This document shows, piece by piece, positions 39,501 through 50,700 of a DNA stretch of 64,000 bases. Each line of letters opens with the position of its first letter. The stretch's first letter is position 1. The DNA lies in IMG/VR virus record IMGVR_UViG_3300030339_000027. The stretch is one strand, 5' to 3'. Origin of the DNA: an uncultured virus (IMG/VR IMGVR_UViG_3300030339_000027) (taxonomy: Duplodnaviria > Heunggongvirae > Uroviricota > Caudoviricetes). The notes under the pieces are model-generated. The model had not been told where the DNA came from, made no database searches, and saw only the letters and a list, made by a program, of their open reading frames with translations. The translations under genes were made by a program, and so were the position numbers.

Positions 39501-42500
39501 TGGGATTTGTTACCAATCCTAGTATTGACAGACTTGATAAGAATTTTACCAATGAAATGAGGGATGTATTTGACGGGCTCACTTTAAATGATTTAATTGG
39601 AGAAAATGCATCTTTATTTGATACATTAAGTGAGGATGAAAACTTTAATGAAGAGGGATTACCTGGAACTGATTATGACTTATTAAGTATAGATGATCTT
39701 TTAAATGAGAATCTTACAAGTGTTTTTAATAAACTAGACGCTGCTAAATTACATAATAAAGATAATCAACGTGCATTAAATACAATCACTAAAATCACTT
39801 CTTATATATTAGGTAATCCTAATGTTAATTTGATGAATAGTAAAAAAGCAGAATTTGAACAAGCTGTGCACGGAAGAACTATTAATACTTTAAATGAATT
39901 ATTAGACCAGTTTGATTTTTTACAAAATGGAACTAAATCTACTATTACTCAATTATTAACAAATGAGTTTGAAGCTTTAGGAAAAGTAAATGATATCAAT
40001 GATTATCAAATATATAATCCTAATACTATTGAAAATTTAGAAAGTGCTAAAGTATTACTTGAACGTTTACAAGCTTTAGTTATTGCCTCAACAGAATATG
40101 ATCATAAAAAACATGGTATCTCAGGTTATAATAGTATAATCAATAATACATTTAAAGGATCTCAATTAGGAATTATCACACAAGAACAAGCTACTCCTTT
40201 ATTAAAAGAAATTCAACAAATTAATGCAAAAATTGAATTATTTTTAACACTCTCTGCATTTAATAAAGAGAGTAAAGTGAAAAATAATATAGCTTCTGGT
40301 ATAAATATGGAGACTCTGTTCTTTGGACATTTACAAGAAGGTTCTTTTAGAAATATGTTGGATAGTTTAAAAATAGAAGAAGAAGAATTCATTACTCCTG
40401 ATATGGCTAAATCTATCGAGGATGCTAAAACCATAAAAAGATCTTTAGAAATTAAACAATCTAAAGAAGGAGAACTTCCATCTTCAGATGAAGAAGTATT
40501 TCAATTTGAAGCAGAACGTTTAAAAATAAATAAAGTATTCTTTGAGAGAGTAAAAGAACTTAATTTAAAATATGGAGAAGATAAAATACACGAATTACTC
40601 TTTAATAATACGTTAGCTAAACAATTATTTCCAGTAGCACAAATGAGTCATGCTACTCCTACTAATTTTAATACTACTACAACTCAAATTCAACCTTTAG
40701 ATTTATTTATATGGTGGAATACAATGGTTACAGAGGATCCTGCAGAATTCTATACTGAATTAAGAGGAGATGAAACAGAACCAGGTAAATATGATGGAAT
40801 AGAAACAAGTAAATATGTTCCATTTTATGCACAAGAGTATTCTGCTAAAATTATATTAAGTTTTCTTGATAATAAAAGTTGGATAAATAAATCTCTTAAT
40901 TATTTAGGAGGAGTTGATACAGAAGGCGCTGCTATTACTGGTACTTTTATGGGTAAATTACATGAAACCTTTAAAAATCTGGTATTTGTAAATGGTGTTC
41001 CTGGTGCTGGTAAATCATCTGCTGTTGGTTATACCGTAGCTAAAATATTGAAAAAGAGAGGTAAAACTTTCTGGACTGCTGGCGCTTATGATACACAAGC
41101 AAAACAATTGGAAACTCTATTAGAAAATCCAACTGCAAATGTTTCTTTTAATAAAACACGCTTATTAGCACAATTTCTTATTCCAGAAGCTGTTACAGAA
41201 ATTACTAATTCTAATGCTTCTTGTTTAGGCAAAGGAAGTATGACTGATATTGTAACTAAATTAGCTGAAAATAAATTAATTAAACTTAATAGAGTAGTAG
41301 AGAAACAAGAGGGAAAAGAATATGAAAAACTTAAGGTAGGTGAAATTAAACCAGAAGCATTCTTAGAAATAAACAGAAGTACTTTACCAGCAGCAATTTT
41401 TTTAGATGAGATTACTCATTTATCTATGATTGAATTAGAAGCATTACGTCAATCCTTAATACGTTTAGGAGAAGATGCTCCTCTTATAATAGGTTTAGGA
41501 GATTCACTTCAAAATGGTTTTAGAATTGCAGGGGAAGATCATAATATGGATATGTTTAGAACTTGGAATACTCCAAAATTAGCCGGATCATTAAGAACAT
41601 CTAATGATTTAAAGAATACTAATCTTATCAATACAGTTGCTAGATATAGTATGATTACAGAGGCTTATGATAAAGTATTTACTGAACAAAGTGTAGACTA
41701 TGCTGCAGTTAAAGCTAATATTGAAAGCATGCATAATCCTGATGATGAATCTACTTGGTATAAATTAGGTCACCATACTAATGAGATGGGAATTGTATTT
41801 GGAGAAAAGGTATCTAATGCTTTAGGAGTGTCTAAAGATTTAAAAAATATCTTAGATAATACAATTGGAACTGTGGGATTTATCACTGATAATAATACCT
41901 CAGAAAATGAAATTTTATCTGGATTAACTCCTTCTCAAAAAAGTAGATTAGACATTAAAAGTATAACTGATGTACAAGGTTTAGAATATGATCACATAGT
42001 AATAGATGTGGATTGGAATGCTTTAGCTCAAGATACTCCTATGGGTCCGCTTAACTTTATTTCAAATGTTTATACTTTAACTACTCGTTCTAGAGTTGGG
42101 AGTTTAATATTGGATAGAAATTTTAGTACCAACAATTATTTAGTAGTTAAATCTCAAGAAGCTAATCAAGTAATTGATGTTACTTTAGATAAAGAAATTC
42201 TTAAAAAATTTAAAGAAAAAAGAGTAGAAGATGTAACTAAATTAGCTAATTTTTTTGAAGGTACTACTTCTGTGACTCCTAAGATTAAATCTAAAGACGT
42301 TACTCCAGCTATTCTTCCTGTATCTGCTACTGAAAGTTTTGCTCAAGAAATTAAGAGAATGGACGAGGAAATTGAGGCAGCTGAAGCTGGTAATAGTTCT
42401 ACAAATAGACAAATGCCCACATTAGATCTAGCTCAAAAAAATACTCATTTAATGACTTACCCTTACTATGAGAGAGTAGGAGTTCCTGGAGAAGATGCTC

Positions 42501-44749
42501 TTATCTTTGGTTTAGAAGATGGAGAAAAACCTGATTTAAAATTCCTTATGGATATTAAAAACTCTGTATTCTATGGGGCAGGTGAAGATAAAATTATGGA
42601 AATCCTTAAAAATAAAGGAATTGATAATATTGATAGTTTAAAAGTAGTTGTGAGAGCTTCTATGTATAATCCTGTTACCGATACTGACAATTCTAAAGTT
42701 GTAAGTGGTAAAAGGGATGCTGATCAAGAGTTAACTACAAAAGATGTGTTTTTAAGGACGGCTTTAAGAATTGAACGTTCTGATAATACTGGAAAGTTAT
42801 CGCCCTTTTATATTACTTTAGGTGTATTTTCTTCTCCTAAAAGTACTTCAAAATATGATTATAAAAATGATGCTAAATTAAGTGATGTACTTAAAGATGT
42901 TACTGCTAAAGCAGAATTAGCTTTAAAAACTTCACCTAGTGTTGATTTAACAATTAATCATAGTAATCCTCTTGAGTTATTAAAATATACTACTAATATT
43001 CAACTTGATTATTTAGAAAATCCAATTAGTTTTAAAGATTTTAAAGAAGATCTTAGTAGATCAGCTGTAGTTTCTCCTATTCATATTTTTACTGGACATA
43101 ACAGTGCAGTAGCAGGCAGTCCCTCACAAAATCAGAGATTAAATGAGTGGATTAAAAAGGGAAATAACTCAGCTAAAGAAAGATCATTGGCCGGGAGGGC
43201 AGTAGTATTTGTATCTTTTGATAATAATTTAAAGTCTAGTGAATTAGCAGATAAATTTGCAGAAGAGATTATGACTAATAGTCCTAATCCTAGAGTAAAA
43301 GCTGTGATGTTAAATTCTAAAGGAACTGATCCTAAAATTTGGTTCGAAAATGCTTGGAATACTTTAGCAGATGCTAAAAAGAAACCTACTGAAAGAGTTG
43401 CGATGGGAACTTTAGCATCTCAACATATGGCTACTTTTATGGCTAGTACTATTAAAATGATGGCAGACTCTTCTAAATATACAGGAAAAACAGAGATCAT
43501 TAAGACTATTGCAAAGACTATAATTGAGAGACTTGGTACTGGTGAGGGTAATATGAATATTTTAGAAATAGATAGAAATGCAGAAGAAGCATTTAGATGT
43601 AAAGTTAAAGCTTATACGGATGATAAAATTAAAAATCCAGAAGAGTACTTAGCCTCAGCTGCTGCTGGTTATCTTAAATTAAAACCAAATCAAAGAATCT
43701 CTGCTTTTAACTTTAACCATACTTATAGATTATTAGTAGGCATGGGTATAGCAATGAATGGAGGTTTACACTCTGAAAGTGCAGAAGTTAAGCAGTATTT
43801 TGAACCTATTTCTAAATATACAACTCAATATGGAGAATTTTTAGAAGAATTTTATAGTTTACTTAGAAAGGAATTTGTACATGGTATATTTTCACATCCT
43901 TCTTATAATATTAGAGGGCCACGTACTAATAATGATTATGCTCAAATAGTAGAAAATGAAGAGGATGATTTTGAAGTAACAGCTCGTGCTACACTTCCTA
44001 ATTCACTTTTAAATCTTCAATTAGTTATGGATAATAAACAGTCTTTAAATAAAGAACAAACTGAAAAATCTAGAAATTTATCAAGTATCTCTGATTATAT
44101 AACTTTAAGACAAAATAGTATGTCTACAGAAATGATTGAGGAATTTATTAGAGGAGCTGGTGCCATTAGAAACTTATATGATGTAGGAAAAGAAACCTCT
44201 GTTGCTGCAATTATGTCAAATATTGACGCTCTTTATGATAAATTATCAAAAGCAGTGTATACTACCTCTAATTTAATAGACGGTATTAATAAAATGCAAT
44301 GGACTAATACTGAAGTCTCTCAAAAAGATGTAAGTAATCCTGAGAATAAAATTCAGAATAATGGGGATGGTTCTTTTGTAGTTACAGGAAATAATGGTAA
44401 ATTTGACTTCGAAATAAAATATAATATGAATGAATCAATCGAAGAAAATAAAATGAAAATCACTACTAATGAAAGACCTATTCCTTTAGAAGAAGTTGGT
44501 AACCTTATACAAAAAACTACTGATTTAGTAAATAAATTTAAAATGCAATACTCAGACATTATTCCTGAGGATATATTTGCAAATGTATTAAGTGCTCTAT
44601 CAACAGGAACAAGAGAAATAGTACCAGGAAGTGCAATGCAAATGGCATTTGCACAATTATCTGCACAAGCTCTTACATTAGATGATGAAGCATTACTAAA
44701 AACTTTACATGACTACACTAATACAAAAGACATCAATACTTGTAACTAA
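36593..44749 (+). CDS. Giant virion protein with N-terminal hydrophobic region and central superfamily-1 helicase-like domain
   Basis: Walker A GVPGAGKS (40994-41017), Walker B IFLDE, LGDSLQ, SLRTSN, DVQGLEYD and YTLTTRSR (42071-42094), in SF1 motif order. Confidence 0.8.
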   Translation: MENTKDTNDWVAANLALPGAPIEEFKQNNITPENTTLKDKDFYKGTKTIQETFTNPENGKFDDDKYNQFYNSMLFTYNEYANQDAVGKADKDFDYAPFDMFAPQNAKRVQDLYKIEKVRNPFKTKVGIEDFNYKSKPALSLEEIAQDNNVRDHLTGKVLDWTPNDDSATGIFDFLKRPTLVVGQYDEDGEHYDEFEGRKIKHRKGDYKLDADGKPYFETLGDREVYNREVLNWSDTLTKEGTWLNKYDFMDSDGLDKSHIGSVMKMAAKVTPLFIPGVGEIYAAGILGVDLMNVVPILLKAGIGSVIGDRDTDKDYWKTMNKVQGVGKTLSANSVSDYAKTSTFSFENISSMLGDVFTQLYTQRAIASIPKYIGMNKASVEPLKEVAEHFDDATIAKIFEGSLTTGERHMILEKVPEAANYIDRAVKSAKLSRALATTYMSATSAAGVADQAKAIGLDERDTGLLYLGTSLGFFGMMTSLPIGEWALKGIGLEETGLLVNRGIKDAAQPFVEDLKKLGSTMVKTPRDFQKIFKIGKAIGDAVGKKLSHVDGYLGAMASEGTEEVTEQVMQDSITNIYNGLASLGITSTQDPKKQFTYGDTSDIVANYAMNFFGGVAGGAMFRFHDQIANGSRENDESTKDIYWLIRNGYKDKLDAATNKLIQKGYFGSTTLTAEQVDIDLPGAGRKTVMRPKRDGDLSQNEVIGRTMLGLFNNVQNQIFQEGIQPDSALTRVLDARYDLIVKDLKVNSSLYEDHTALVNDILGLNNDIAKALAVPADLNSPESTVLATAESVNAMQIKLAEKREALKLITSGEAFPSYQSQALFNMSQVLNGAFGNTSADDLAWNKYKKHYRGLNETEKKDIDEEYVAWKAANKKDALKSGYRTFNFLNEKFSPRLAELAKYAEQRKGHYTLVDELGNKNKFNLSANTLAEISKSKSYLGKTLTVSEALNDAIKGKKDVNSILKAVDDIMGFVTNPSIDRLDKNFTNEMRDVFDGLTLNDLIGENASLFDTLSEDENFNEEGLPGTDYDLLSIDDLLNENLTSVFNKLDAAKLHNKDNQRALNTITKITSYILGNPNVNLMNSKKAEFEQAVHGRTINTLNELLDQFDFLQNGTKSTITQLLTNEFEALGKVNDINDYQIYNPNTIENLESAKVLLERLQALVIASTEYDHKKHGISGYNSIINNTFKGSQLGIITQEQATPLLKEIQQINAKIELFLTLSAFNKESKVKNNIASGINMETLFFGHLQEGSFRNMLDSLKIEEEEFITPDMAKSIEDAKTIKRSLEIKQSKEGELPSSDEEVFQFEAERLKINKVFFERVKELNLKYGEDKIHELLFNNTLAKQLFPVAQMSHATPTNFNTTTTQIQPLDLFIWWNTMVTEDPAEFYTELRGDETEPGKYDGIETSKYVPFYAQEYSAKIILSFLDNKSWINKSLNYLGGVDTEGAAITGTFMGKLHETFKNLVFVNGVPGAGKSSAVGYTVAKILKKRGKTFWTAGAYDTQAKQLETLLENPTANVSFNKTRLLAQFLIPEAVTEITNSNASCLGKGSMTDIVTKLAENKLIKLNRVVEKQEGKEYEKLKVGEIKPEAFLEINRSTLPAAIFLDEITHLSMIELEALRQSLIRLGEDAPLIIGLGDSLQNGFRIAGEDHNMDMFRTWNTPKLAGSLRTSNDLKNTNLINTVARYSMITEAYDKVFTEQSVDYAAVKANIESMHNPDDESTWYKLGHHTNEMGIVFGEKVSNALGVSKDLKNILDNTIGTVGFITDNNTSENEILSGLTPSQKSRLDIKSITDVQGLEYDHIVIDVDWNALAQDTPMGPLNFISNVYTLTTRSRVGSLILDRNFSTNNYLVVKSQEANQVIDVTLDKEILKKFKEKRVEDVTKLANFFEGTTSVTPKIKSKDVTPAILPVSATESFAQEIKRMDEEIEAAEAGNSSTNRQMPTLDLAQKNTHLMTYPYYERVGVPGEDALIFGLEDGEKPDLKFLMDIKNSVFYGAGEDKIMEILKNKGIDNIDSLKVVVRASMYNPVTDTDNSKVVSGKRDADQELTTKDVFLRTALRIERSDNTGKLSPFYITLGVFSSPKSTSKYDYKNDAKLSDVLKDVTAKAELALKTSPSVDLTINHSNPLELLKYTTNIQLDYLENPISFKDFKEDLSRSAVVSPIHIFTGHNSAVAGSPSQNQRLNEWIKKGNNSAKERSLAGRAVVFVSFDNNLKSSELADKFAEEIMTNSPNPRVKAVMLNSKGTDPKIWFENAWNTLADAKKKPTERVAMGTLASQHMATFMASTIKMMADSSKYTGKTEIIKTIAKTIIERLGTGEGNMNILEIDRNAEEAFRCKVKAYTDDKIKNPEEYLASAAAGYLKLKPNQRISAFNFNHTYRLLVGMGIAMNGGLHSESAEVKQYFEPISKYTTQYGEFLEEFYSLLRKEFVHGIFSHPSYNIRGPRTNNDYAQIVENEEDDFEVTARATLPNSLLNLQLVMDNKQSLNKEQTEKSRNLSSISDYITLRQNSMSTEMIEEFIRGAGAIRNLYDVGKETSVAAIMSNIDALYDKLSKAVYTTSNLIDGINKMQWTNTEVSQKDVSNPENKIQNNGDGSFVVTGNNGKFDFEIKYNMNESIEENKMKITTNERPIPLEEVGNLIQKTTDLVNKFKMQYSDIIPEDIFANVLSALSTGTREIVPGSAMQMAFAQLSAQALTLDDEALLKTLHDYTNTKDINTCN

Positions 44750-47700
44750 TGAGAAATAACTGCGGTTTAATATCAACGAACGCGTCCATCGAACTGATGG
44801 GCGTGTTTAATAATTTTATAAAAACACTCTATAAAAAAGGAGCAAAAAATAACTATGCAAGATTAGAGGATAAAATTGCAGAATATCTATATGACAAACA
44901 TAGGAAAGACGACAAAAATGATGCTTTAACTCCTGAGGAGAGTCATTTTATTGAACAACAGTTTATTTTATATACAGCTGCTGTTAAACCTATTTTAACT
45001 AAAAGTAGAATAGATACAAAATTTGCAGAAAAAATATGGGGAGATTCTACAGCCGTTAAACCTATAGAATTGTTTTTGGCTGATGTACAGAAAGCATTAA
45101 TAGAGGGGAGTGAAACTACATTAACAGAAAAAGTTAAAAATTTATATGAAGTTTCTCCAGAAGATACTTCTTTAATTCCAGCTCCTAAAGAAGAATTAAT
45201 TCCAACACCTCCATTAGAAGGTGAAACTAAAATTACTAAATTCACAGATATTAGTAATAAAATGGATTTAAAAGAAGTTTTTGCAAATGCAAATACTGCT
45301 TATTTATTATTAGAGAGAAGAGTTTCTAATCATATTGTTAGGAATTATTTAATCAATCAAGAAACAGGAGTGTATAACTCTTCAAGTAATTCTGTTGATA
45401 AATCTGTAAAAGCTAATAAAACAAGAATCTATAAAGAACTTATTAAGAATTTTGAGCAAAAGGGAATTAAATTTGTTGATAGTGAGAGAGATTATTACGT
45501 TAATGGAAGAATTAATGATAACATTAAGAGTGTATTAGATAGAATTGCTGATTATTATAAAAAATATGATGGGACTGGTATAACTAATATCAAATTAGAA
45601 GAATGGACACAAAATAATATAAATGAGATTTCTGATTTTATAAATTTTGTTACTATCTCTAACTTTGATAATTTGCTTTTATCTTATGGGAAAGGTATAT
45701 TCAAAATTTCTGATAGTTACCTAAACTCAGCTAATGAAAAGTATGATGAACCTAAATATGTTTTAGATATTGCTAGTAATATCAATGATAGTATATTTCA
45801 AACAGGTGAATATAACTTATCTGATGAACAATCATCATTGTTTAAGATGTTTATCTCATCTATGCCTTCTGTTACATTTGATAAACAAGTTTCTCATGAT
45901 AAAGAAATTGATTTGAATACTGTAAATACAGTAATGGCTAAATTATTACATGGAAATCTATTAGAAGGGGCTCCTATATATGATCCAACAAATAGTATGG
46001 AAAGTATGAAAGCTTTACTTGAATTTGCCATCAATAATTTTACAGGAGAAGGTAAAAAAATAAAGAGTTTTGATAAAATTGAAAAAGACACTTTACTCTC
46101 AGTTTATATGTACTTTTTCAGAAATAATGATGAACTTACTACTAAACATCCTAAAGTTCTATTAAATAACTCATTAAGATCAGCTATACAAGTAGCTTAT
46201 GGTAATGATACTGAATCTGGATTTAAAAATATCCCCTCATTTTATCATTTAGCCTCAAATAGTGAAGTTATTTCTGGGATGGACTACTTTAATGTTATAG
46301 TAAGTAACTTTGATAAAACATACTTAAATGAGTACACAGAGTATACCTACGATAAAGACCGAGGAACCATTACTGTAAATAGTCCTACTGAAAGATTAAT
46401 TAATAGTTCAGAAATTCAATTCACTAATAATTTAAATAATTTTATTAATCAAGAGTTTAATAAGACTTTCTTAGAAAATAGATATAAAGATGTTACTATT
46501 GAAGGTAAAGAGTCTGATATGCCTACAGTAAGATTTGAATTATCTAAAGGAGTATTTATTACAGCTAATTTAGCAAACGGTGGTATCTCAATTACAGATG
46601 GTATTAAAACTACTGATTCTAAAGCACTTGATTTTAAAATAAGTCCTATACAAGAACAAAAATTAGTAGAAATTTTAAATAAAATCTTACCCCAATTACA
46701 ATTAAGAGATGATAAAGGAAATGACTTTTATTATCCTCTTTTTACTCAAGTATTTTCTCCTACTCTGGATGATCATGTAGAAGCATTAACAGCTCTAGCT
46801 AAAGTGGCTGGATATGTAGCTTATACTTCATCTATGGTTAATGAAATAGGTAAAGATGGTTTATTAGGTAGTAAATGGATGAAAAATTTTGGAGCAGACA
46901 AGTCACCTTATATTAAAGATGATGAGGAGTTTTCTATTGCCAGAATGTTTCCAGGTTATAGTGATATAGCTAAAAATATTGGTAAAGGACTCTCTATTAT
47001 TAATGGTGAAACACATAAAGCTGTAATTAAAGTAGGTAATGTTACTGTTCCTACAATTGGAGAAGTAAGACATTTATATGCTCTTCCTAAATGGAGGAAT
47101 TGGTTAATCAAGCAAAATGGTAATAAATTAACTGGAATGCCTATTGCTAGTAATCTATTTATGAGAAATCCTGATTTTTTAAAAGGATTTAAAATTAGAA
47201 GTTTTGTAAAATCAGGTGATAATGTGAAACATTCCTCAGAGATGGCACCACTTGAAATAGCAACTACTTTCATAATGCATGACTATATAGCAGCTGCTAA
47301 TAAATACAATGAAGTTTACATTCAATCTACAGTATTCGCTGATAAAAATAGCCATAATAGTGTAGTTGTAAAACTAAATGAAGAAATTCAAATCCCAGGA
47401 ATTACTAATAAAATCTCTCTCTCAAATGTAACAGCTACTGAATTAAAACAAGCTGCTTTTTTGAATAATGCTACTTATTATAAAGCTATCTCAGATAAGT
47501 TAACTTCTACTTATATACCAGTGCTACAGACTCTATTGCCTGGGACTACAATTGAATCTACTTTACAAGGAGTTCATGATGCCATGAGCAAAGTTCAAGA
47601 ACAGGATTTTAGAAATGCTTTTTATAAACATTATAATGGAAGTGAGTATATTATTGAAGATTTAGGAATAGAAAAGAATAAAAAAGATGGCACATGTGGT

Positions 47701-50700
47701 TTATCTCCTTTATTAATTTACTATACTGAAATGTATACTGATAAATCAAAAACTACTCCTGCTTTTACAAAAATGATGAAAGCTAACGAATTGCTTTTTG
47801 CTAAAAGTTTAAACTCATATAATATGAATATTGAGTACATGGATGGTAAAGGAAGTCTTAATCCTTTATTTATTCGTAAGGGTACCTCAACTATTTTTGA
47901 TACTTTAAAAATAGCAGATGAAAAAACAGGAGATAGAATTACTAAAGAGAATTTTGAAAAAAATTGGGTAGATCCTTCTACAAAATACTTAACCATTTAT
48001 AAAGGAGGAGAATTAAATCCTTTGCTTAGACATTATTTTTACATGGATAACTATATTTCTGAGAATTTATCTCAAGCTAGTATGGGGACTATTCATAATC
48101 ATCCATTTAAAGGAAAAGCTAAGGCTAAACCTGGTACTTTTGAGTTCTTTACTGAAATAGAATCTGCTAAAACAGCTGCTATGTATAAAAGACAACTTCA
48201 AGGTACTCCCATGAAACCTTTGAATTTAAATTTAATCAATGGTGTACGTGAAACTATGAGTTCTGTATTTTTAACTGATATAAATAATCCAGTTTATACT
48301 AGTTTTGGAATTAAAGATAAGATGACAGTAACTGACGGTTCAGCGCAAGTAACCCCTTTACAATATATTCTACAAAACAATTCATTACTAGAAAATTCAG
48401 TTGGTCCTAATGCTAAGATGTTTAGTTTATTTATGGATCCAAAGTATAACTCATATGGTTTAACTAAATATGCAGAATTTGGTATTACTAATGAAATGAT
48501 TCAAAATTCTAAAGGTTCTACTTATGATCTTATGAATTTAATAGAAAAAAGTTACAGGTATAAACCTTTTACTAGGAGTATTACTATTGAGGAATTTAAT
48601 CCTAATACATTTGATTATGATAAAACTTTAGTACAATATACTCCAGATATCTTAAAAGATTTTAAGGGTAATAATATAACTATTGAAACAATTGCTCCTA
48701 ATGGATTATTCTATGTAAAAAATGATCAAGTATATGAGATTAAATCTTTAACAAGAGGTACTACTATAACTCAACCTTCTGGAGAAGTAATAGTAGCAAA
48801 AGGAGAATCAAATGATTTTCAGGTGCAGGCTATAAATTTAACCACTGGAATGGCCGAAGTTCCTAAATCTGTTAAAATAAATGATTTATTTGATTTATGG
48901 CAAGCTTTGGGGGCCGAAAATTCAGTATCTATTGATAAAGAAGGACAATATTCTGGTAGTAGAAATCCTGGAGAGACATTAAACTTTACTGAATCTGATG
49001 CTTCTCATTATGCTTTAGCAGAATTTGTAAATAGAGTAGGCCATAAAATGGATTCTAATCAAAAGGTTAATTTAATCAATAAATATGGTTTAAGAGATCT
49101 ATCAGATCCACATACTAATGCTATATACTCTAAAGAAACTGAGGCTAATTTTGTAAAATTATTTCCAGAGTTTAAAGTAAATAAAACTGACTTTAAAGTA
49201 CACAATCAGACAAATACATGGCAACCTTTAAAAGCAATGTTCATTGGAAAATATATCCACACATCTGCACAAAAGTCAGGTGCTATAAATGTGCATAATA
49301 TCGATGATGTGTATAACCAAACAAAACCAATTTATCCAGTAGATGTTCCAGCAATTTCTACAGGATTACTTATGACTACAGAGCATGAAGTAGAAGGCTC
49401 AGAGATCACTAAAATGACTCAAATCTATAGTGCTATAGAATTTATGGGTGATTCACATAATGTGTCTAGTGGGGTTTATAATGCCATTGCTGACGTCTTA
49501 AATATTAAACTTAAATCTTTATTTGATGCTACTGAATTCCAAAATGTAAATAAAGAGGCATTATATAAAGAAGTTACTGACAATTTGATTCGCACATTTA
49601 ACTCTAAAGACCAACAATCTATTGGTAAGTTCATTGGACAGATGGTAGAAAGAAATTCAGACGAGATAAAAGCATTTACAGCTCAAGCCAAAGAAGCCGA
49701 AGCTATCACAGAAGATGCTACAGGTGAAGAGCCTGGAGTAGCTAGTACTATGAGTATGAGTATAGTTAGAGATGGTAAAAGAATGCCTTTTAGTACTTAT
49801 ATGTACAGTTCTTTTATATCTCTTATGAGTAATTTTTTAAATAAAGAGGCTATTAAAGATAAACAGTCTGGCATTGCCTCTCCTATTAAACCTTCTGGAG
49901 GTATGCTTCAAGTGTATGATTCAGAAGATATTAATGGTAAAAAAGATGTACTTTTAAGAAAAAATTACGATAAATTAAATGCTGCTGAAAATATAGTGGA
50001 AGCCCCAATTACTATTGGAGAGATTTCTTTAAATGATTGGGTAAGAGAAAGTGATGGTAAAACTATGAAAGAGTATCAAGTAAATACTCCAGAAAAGTTA
50101 ATTGCACTTAAAAGAAAGGATACAGGAGAATCTGTTCCAGTTCAAACTTTTAAAGGATTTTGGACAAGAGGTACAGTACAAAATGATACTAATAATGTTT
50201 ATCTATTTGGCGATAATACTAACGATAGGATGGTTACTAAATATATTCCTGGGGCAACCCAAGCTGTTATTAGAGGACTTCCTAATGCTATAGGAATTGA
50301 TACAAAGAGAGATAGAGGTACTACAAGTAAATCATTCTTAACAGATGCTGATCTTCCTTGGTTTAAATCACATGTAGACGAGCAATTAAAGAAAGCACAA
50401 GCTTTAGGTAAACCTATTATCCTTCCAGAAGATGGAATTGGAACTGGAAAAGCTATGTTAAAAGAGAAAGCTCCTGCATTATTTGCATACTTAAATGAGG
50501 CTCTATCTAAATTAGAAACAACTAAACCTTCAAAAGTAAAATTTGTAAAATTATATGGTAAACCAAGAGATTTACAACCACCACTTTTAACTTTTAAAGT
50601 TATAGGTAAAGGAATGAAAGAATCTCCTATGTCTATTTATGAATTACCTGATTTTGCAATGGTTTATGACTATAAAGAAATTTTGGAAGATAAAAAACCC

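Noticed and set aside
44735..44765. Split-intein interpretation of ...TCN* / MRNNC... (Cys, then Asn-Cys)
   Set aside because: No room for HINT-domain sequence on either side, and the other three junctions have Gly, Ala or Lys rather than Asn before the Cys.
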